From NCBI GenBank assembly GCA_963827475.1, contig CAWHAZ010000005.1, forward strand, positions 672,001 through 736,000: a stretch of 64,000 nucleotides of DNA. The letters are read 5' to 3'. This DNA is from an uncultured Chloroflexia bacterium (lineage in GTDB: Bacteria > Chloroflexota > Limnocylindria > QHBO01). Positions 59,699-64,000 of the stretch are shown in pieces. The translations under genes were made by a program, and so were the position numbers. Position 1 is the first letter of the stretch; every line of letters begins with the position of its first letter. Under the pieces are notes generated by a model. It was not told the DNA's origin and did not search any database. It was given only the letters and a program-made list of their open reading frames with translations.

Positions 59699-61142
59699 GC
59701 GCCTGCAGACGGTCCTCGCCCGCGCGGGCCATGGCTCGCGGCGCGCCGCCGACCGCTGGATCGCCGACGGTCGGGTGACCGTCAACGGGAGCACCGCCGC
59801 TCCGGGGACCCGGGTGGACCCCGAACTCGACGTCGTCGCCCTCGACGGTCAACCCCTGACCCTGGCCGCGCCGGTCACGGTGCACCTCGCGATCCACAAG
59901 CCGCGTGGCGTCCTGTCCTCCGCCCGCGGCGCATACGGGCATGAGGCGGTGGTCGATCTCGTGTCGCCGCGGCCTCCCGGCCGGCTCTGGCCCGCCGGTC
60001 GGCTGGACCTCGACTCCGAGGGGCTCATGCTGCTGACCAACGACGGGGCCTGGGCGCAGCGCGTGCTGCACCCCAGGTATGGCGTGGTCCGCCAGTACGC
60101 GGTGCAGCTCGATCGCGAGCCCGACCCCGCCGACCTTGACCGGCTCAGGCATGGCGTCGAGATCGACGGCGTCCACGCCAACCTGCTCGGCATTGCCCGC
60201 AGTCGGCGCCCGGCGGGCGTCGCCGCACCCACGGAGGCCGGACCGTGGTTCGCGGTCCAGCTCGGGGAGGGCCGCAATCGAGAGGTGCGCCGGCTGTTCG
60301 CGGCGGTCGGCTACCGCGTCCACCGCCTGGTCCGGACGGCGTACGGACCGATCACCCTCGCCGGTCTCGAGCCGGCGGCGTGGCGGCCGCTGACCGCCGC
60401 GGAGGTCACCGCGCTGGAGGGCGGCCCGCCGCCTTCCCTGTCGGCGACCCCTCGACCGCGCCGCTCGACGAGCCGTTGGCTGCGGATCGCGGTCGACGGC
60501 ACGTCGGGGTCCGGGAAGAGCACCGTCGGTCGAGCACTGGCCGAGCGTCTCGACGCCCGATTCGTGGACACCGGCCTCCTGTATCGGGCCGTCACCCTGG
60601 CCGCCCTGGAGGCGGGGGTCGACCCGGCGGACGGGCCTGCCGTCGCCCGGCTCACCCAGCAGACCCATGTCCGGGTTCGCCCCGCGAACGGCGGCCAGCC
60701 CGGCGAACAGGTGATGATCGGTCGGCGGGACGTGACGCCGCTCCTCCGCGAGCCGCGCATCGAGCGGGCGGTGCCGACCATCAGCCGGCACGCGGAGGTC
60801 AGAGCCGCCATGCTCACCGTCCAGCGGAATGCGGCGAAGGGCCAGGACACGGTCATGGTCGGACGGGATATCGGCACCGTCGTCCTTCCCGATGCTGACT
60901 TGAAGGTCTTCCTCACCGCCTCGGTCGAGACCCGGGCTCGCCGGCGCGCGGAACAGATGGGCCGACCCGATCGTGTCGCGACCTATCAGCGGGAGATCAC
61001 CGACCGGGACCGCACCGACTCCACCCGCGCGGTGGCGCCGCTCCGGCGCGCTCCCGGCGCCCTCGTCCTCGACACCGGGGAGCTGGACGTCGACGAGTGC
61101 GTGGCCGCGATCGTCGCCGCCCTGCCGTCCCGTCGGCCATGA
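59688..61142 (+). CDS. cmk: Fusion of an RluB-type pseudouridine synthase and cytidylate kinase
   Basis: S4 domain RLQTVLARAG-SRR, AGRLDLDSEGL, EGRNREVRR, then IAVDGTSGSGKST, DTGLLYRA, GRDIGTVV, RDRTDSTR in one frame. Confidence 0.85.
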   Translation: MAGERLQTVLARAGHGSRRAADRWIADGRVTVNGSTAAPGTRVDPELDVVALDGQPLTLAAPVTVHLAIHKPRGVLSSARGAYGHEAVVDLVSPRPPGRLWPAGRLDLDSEGLMLLTNDGAWAQRVLHPRYGVVRQYAVQLDREPDPADLDRLRHGVEIDGVHANLLGIARSRRPAGVAAPTEAGPWFAVQLGEGRNREVRRLFAAVGYRVHRLVRTAYGPITLAGLEPAAWRPLTAAEVTALEGGPPPSLSATPRPRRSTSRWLRIAVDGTSGSGKSTVGRALAERLDARFVDTGLLYRAVTLAALEAGVDPADGPAVARLTQQTHVRVRPANGGQPGEQVMIGRRDVTPLLREPRIERAVPTISRHAEVRAAMLTVQRNAAKGQDTVMVGRDIGTVVLPDADLKVFLTASVETRARRRAEQMGRPDRVATYQREITDRDRTDSTRAVAPLRRAPGALVLDTGELDVDECVAAIVAALPSRRP

Positions 61143-61816
61143 CTCGCAACCTCGCCCGCTACCTGCCGCGGACCTGGGCGCAACGCCCCGCGGGCGTGCT
61201 CATCGGTCTGCTCCTCCGGCTGCTCGGGGGCGTACGGACGGAGGGACTGGAGAACCTGCCCCGAACCGGGCCGATCATCATCGTGGCCAACCACTACACG
61301 CTCATGGATCCCCTGGTCGCCGGCTGGGGGACGTGCTACCGCGTCGGCCGGGTCGTGCACATGGTGGCCAAGATCCAGATCAAGGGCTGGCCGCTCTTCG
61401 GCTGGCTGGGCAGCCAGGCCGGCGTGATCTACGTCCGCCGCGGGACGAGCGACCTCGACGCCCAGCGCGCCCTGCAGGCCGTGCTCGCCGGCGGGCGAGC
61501 GATGGTCATCTTTCCCGAGGGCACGCGCAGCCCGACCGGCGCGCTGATTCCCGCTCGCAACGGCGCCGCCCTGCTTGCCCTGCGCAGCGGCGCACCGATC
61601 GTCCCGATCGGGATCACTGGGACGGAGGGCATGCTCAGCTGGCGGGCGATCTTCGGCCCGCGGCCCCGCGCGACCGTGGTCGTCGGCCAGCCGTTCACCC
61701 TCGGTCACCGGCCGAATGGCCCGATCGACCGTGCCGACCTGACCGAGGCCTCGACCAGGCTCATGCGCGAGGTGGCCGCCCTCCTGCCGCCGATCCGGAG
61801 GGGCGTCTACGGCTGA
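61139..61816 (+). CDS. plsC: 1-acyl-sn-glycerol-3-phosphate acyltransferase
   Basis: NHYTLMD, IFPEGTRS, PIVP. Confidence 0.88.
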   Translation: MTRNLARYLPRTWAQRPAGVLIGLLLRLLGGVRTEGLENLPRTGPIIIVANHYTLMDPLVAGWGTCYRVGRVVHMVAKIQIKGWPLFGWLGSQAGVIYVRRGTSDLDAQRALQAVLAGGRAMVIFPEGTRSPTGALIPARNGAALLALRSGAPIVPIGITGTEGMLSWRAIFGPRPRATVVVGQPFTLGHRPNGPIDRADLTEASTRLMREVAALLPPIRRGVYG

Positions 61817-61846
61817 TCCGGTGACCGCCCCTAGAATGAGGGCGAG

Positions 61847-62722
61847 ATGAGCACGATTCGTCCCGAGGTCCGCATCGCCGAGCGGGCGGGCTTCTGCTAC
61901 GGGGTGCGGCTGGCGATCGACAAGGCCCGCCAGGCCTCCGAGGCCGGCGAGGAGGTCACCACCCTCGGCCAGCTGGTCCACAACCCGGGCATCAAGGCCG
62001 ACCTGGAGTCACGCGGCATCCAGACCGCGGAGCTGGCCGACCAGGTCGAGGGCGGGACGCTGGTCGTCCGGGCCCACGGCGTGCCGCGCGAGGAGATGGA
62101 GACGTTGAAGGCGAAGGGCGAGCTCCAGCTGGTCGACGCCACCTGCACCTGGGTGCTCCAGAGCCAGAAGGCCGCCCGCGAGCTCGACGAGGCCGGGTAC
62201 ACCGTCTGCATCATCGGTCACGAGAACCATCCGGAGGTTCGCGGGGTCCGCTCGTACGCGGGCGAGAAGCACGTCGTCGTGGACGACATGGACCGATCCA
62301 CCTGGGAGCGCGTGCCGCGCACGAAGAAGCTCGGCGTCCTGAGCCAGTCGACCATCCTGCCCTCCAAGCTCGAGGAGTTCGCCGCGTTCTGCCTGAAGCG
62401 CTGCCACGACCTGCGGGTGGTGAACACCGTGTGCCCGGTCACGCTCACCCGGCAGGACGACTCGGTGAAGCTGGCGGCCGAGGTGGACGCCATGGTCGTG
62501 GTCGGGGGCAAGAACAGCAGCAACACCCGCGAGCTGGCCGTGAAGTGCGCCCAGGTCCTGCCCGACACGATCCACGTCGCCGATGCCGACGAGCTCGAGA
62601 CCGAGCACGCGGCGTGGCTCGCCGGCAAGGCGCGGATCGGTGTCACCGGCGGTACCTCCACCCCCGAATCCGACCTCGAGGAGGTCCGCGACCGCATCTA
62701 CGCGCTCGCCGACGCCGCGTAG
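61847..62722 (+). CDS. ispH: 4-hydroxy-3-methylbut-2-enyl diphosphate reductase
   Basis: GFCYGV, LVHN, RAHG, DATC, HPEV, NTVC, NSSNT, GTSTP. Confidence 0.95.
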   Translation: MSTIRPEVRIAERAGFCYGVRLAIDKARQASEAGEEVTTLGQLVHNPGIKADLESRGIQTAELADQVEGGTLVVRAHGVPREEMETLKAKGELQLVDATCTWVLQSQKAARELDEAGYTVCIIGHENHPEVRGVRSYAGEKHVVVDDMDRSTWERVPRTKKLGVLSQSTILPSKLEEFAAFCLKRCHDLRVVNTVCPVTLTRQDDSVKLAAEVDAMVVVGGKNSSNTRELAVKCAQVLPDTIHVADADELETEHAAWLAGKARIGVTGGTSTPESDLEEVRDRIYALADAA

Positions 62723-62731
62723 ACTCGGGCC

Positions 62732-64000
62732 GTGGTCCGCTGCCCCTCCTGCCACCGCGAGGTGGCCGATGGCTTCGCGTTCTGCCCGCACTGCGGTTCG
62801 GCCATGGTCGCCGGCCCGGTCGCCGGGGACGAGCGCAAGCTCGTCACGCTCCTGTTCGCCGACGTCGCAGGCTCCACCGCGCTGGCCGAGGCCCTGGATG
62901 CCGAGGTTGTCCGCGACCTGATGGGGGAGTTCTTCGCCCTCGCTCGCACCGAGATCGAGTCACGCGGCGGTACGGTCGAGAAGTTCGTCGGTGACGCGGT
63001 GATGGCGGTCTTCGGCGTCCCCGTGGCCCACGAGGATGACCCGATTCGGGCGATGCGTTCGGCATTGGCCATCCGATCAGAGCTTGAGGCGTTGAACGAG
63101 CGGCGGCGGGCAGCGGGCGGGCCCGACCTCCACATCCGGATCGGCGTGAACACCGGCGAGGTGGTGGCAACGACCGCGCCGCGCCCGGGCGAGGGGATGG
63201 TCACTGGCGACTCCGTGAATGTCGCTGCCCGCCTCCAGCAGCTGGCCGAACCGGGGCAGATCGTCGTCGGGGAGCGGACGGCGGCCGCCGCTCCGTCGTT
63301 CACCACCAGGCCACTCGGGCCGCGCCAGCTGAAGGGCAAGGCCGACGAGACCGCGGTTCTCGAGCTGGTCGGCGAGGTGGCAGGGGCGCCTGATCGGGGC
63401 GTCCCGGGCCTGCGATCGCCCCTCGTCGGACGCGACCGCGAGCTCGAGCTGCTCGTCTCGCTGTACGAACGAGCGGCAGGCGAGGCACGCCCCCACCTGG
63501 TCACCGTCTATGGCGAACCGGGGGTCGGGAAGAGCCGCCTGACGGTGGAGTTCCTGGCCGCCCTGTCGACGCGGACCGACGCGCCGACCGTGCTCCGCGG
63601 TCGGTGCCTGTCGTACGGCTCGGGGGTGACGTTCTGGCCGCTGGCCGAGATCCTGAAGACGCAGGCTGGAGTGCTCGACAGCGACCTCCCAGCCGATGCG
63701 GCGGCCAAGGTCGAGGCCTACGGTGCCCGCGTCCTCTCAACCGAGGTGACGCCAGACCCCCAGCGGAGCACCGCGTTGCTGGCCTACACGGTCGGGATGG
63801 CGGTGCCCGGCTTTGAGTTCGGCCACCTGGAACCCGATCAGCTGCGGGCCGAGATTCACGGCGCCTGGCGGGCCCTGTTCTCGGCCCTCGCCCAAGCGGC
63901 ACCTCTCGTCGTGGTCGTGGACGACATCCATTGGGCGGATGCCGCTCTCCTCGATCTCCTCGAAGACCTTGGCGATCGGGTCCAGGGTGGCGCCCTGTTT
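62732..64000 (+). CDS. Zinc-ribbon / class III nucleotide cyclase / STAND ATPase protein, 3' truncated
   Basis: Absent from the ORF track. Hand translation gives CPSC...FCPHCG, ERKLVTLLFADVAGST, EKFVGDAVMAVFG, GDSVNVAARL, GEPGVGKSRL, DDIHWAD. Confidence 0.88.
   Translation, partial: MVRCPSCHREVADGFAFCPHCGSAMVAGPVAGDERKLVTLLFADVAGSTALAEALDAEVVRDLMGEFFALARTEIESRGGTVEKFVGDAVMAVFGVPVAHEDDPIRAMRSALAIRSELEALNERRRAAGGPDLHIRIGVNTGEVVATTAPRPGEGMVTGDSVNVAARLQQLAEPGQIVVGERTAAAAPSFTTRPLGPRQLKGKADETAVLELVGEVAGAPDRGVPGLRSPLVGRDRELELLVSLYERAAGEARPHLVTVYGEPGVGKSRLTVEFLAALSTRTDAPTVLRGRCLSYGSGVTFWPLAEILKTQAGVLDSDLPADAAAKVEAYGARVLSTEVTPDPQRSTALLAYTVGMAVPGFEFGHLEPDQLRAEIHGAWRALFSALAQAAPLVVVVDDIHWADAALLDLLEDLGDRVQGGALF

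Overview
High-GC (about 70% by eye) bacterial chromosomal segment, most likely a Chloroflexota such as Limnocylindria (inferred from gene content and order, not from a search). It is mostly housekeeping: tRNA(CAT)-tilS-ftsH, comM-dprA-topA-xerC-murJ-fem-murE-fem-relA, hisS-aspS, iscS-mnmA-alaS-ruvX-mltG-pepP-efp-xseAB-dxs-tlyA-nadK-xerD, scpAB-rluB/cmk-plsC-ispH. Accessory genes are interspersed: SHOCT/DUF6325 genes, an orphan DnaB-C-terminal-like ATPase paired with a J-domain protein, a lower-GC TadE-TadE-TadG cassette, a receiver-CpaE fusion directly upstream of comM-dprA, an Ig-repeat/CAP protein, a solitary EctC and a STAND-type cyclase. About nine genes, including essential ones, carry single-base frameshifts that look like sequencing errors. 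Many genes have a TANNNT box 6-11 nt before the start codon, suggesting (near-)leaderless mRNAs. I saw no CRISPR array, rRNA, transposase or prophage. The best candidates for an undescribed system are the DnaB-like ATPase/J-protein pair and a possible Tad-pilus-linked competence arrangement. All family calls come from motif recognition without database searches.
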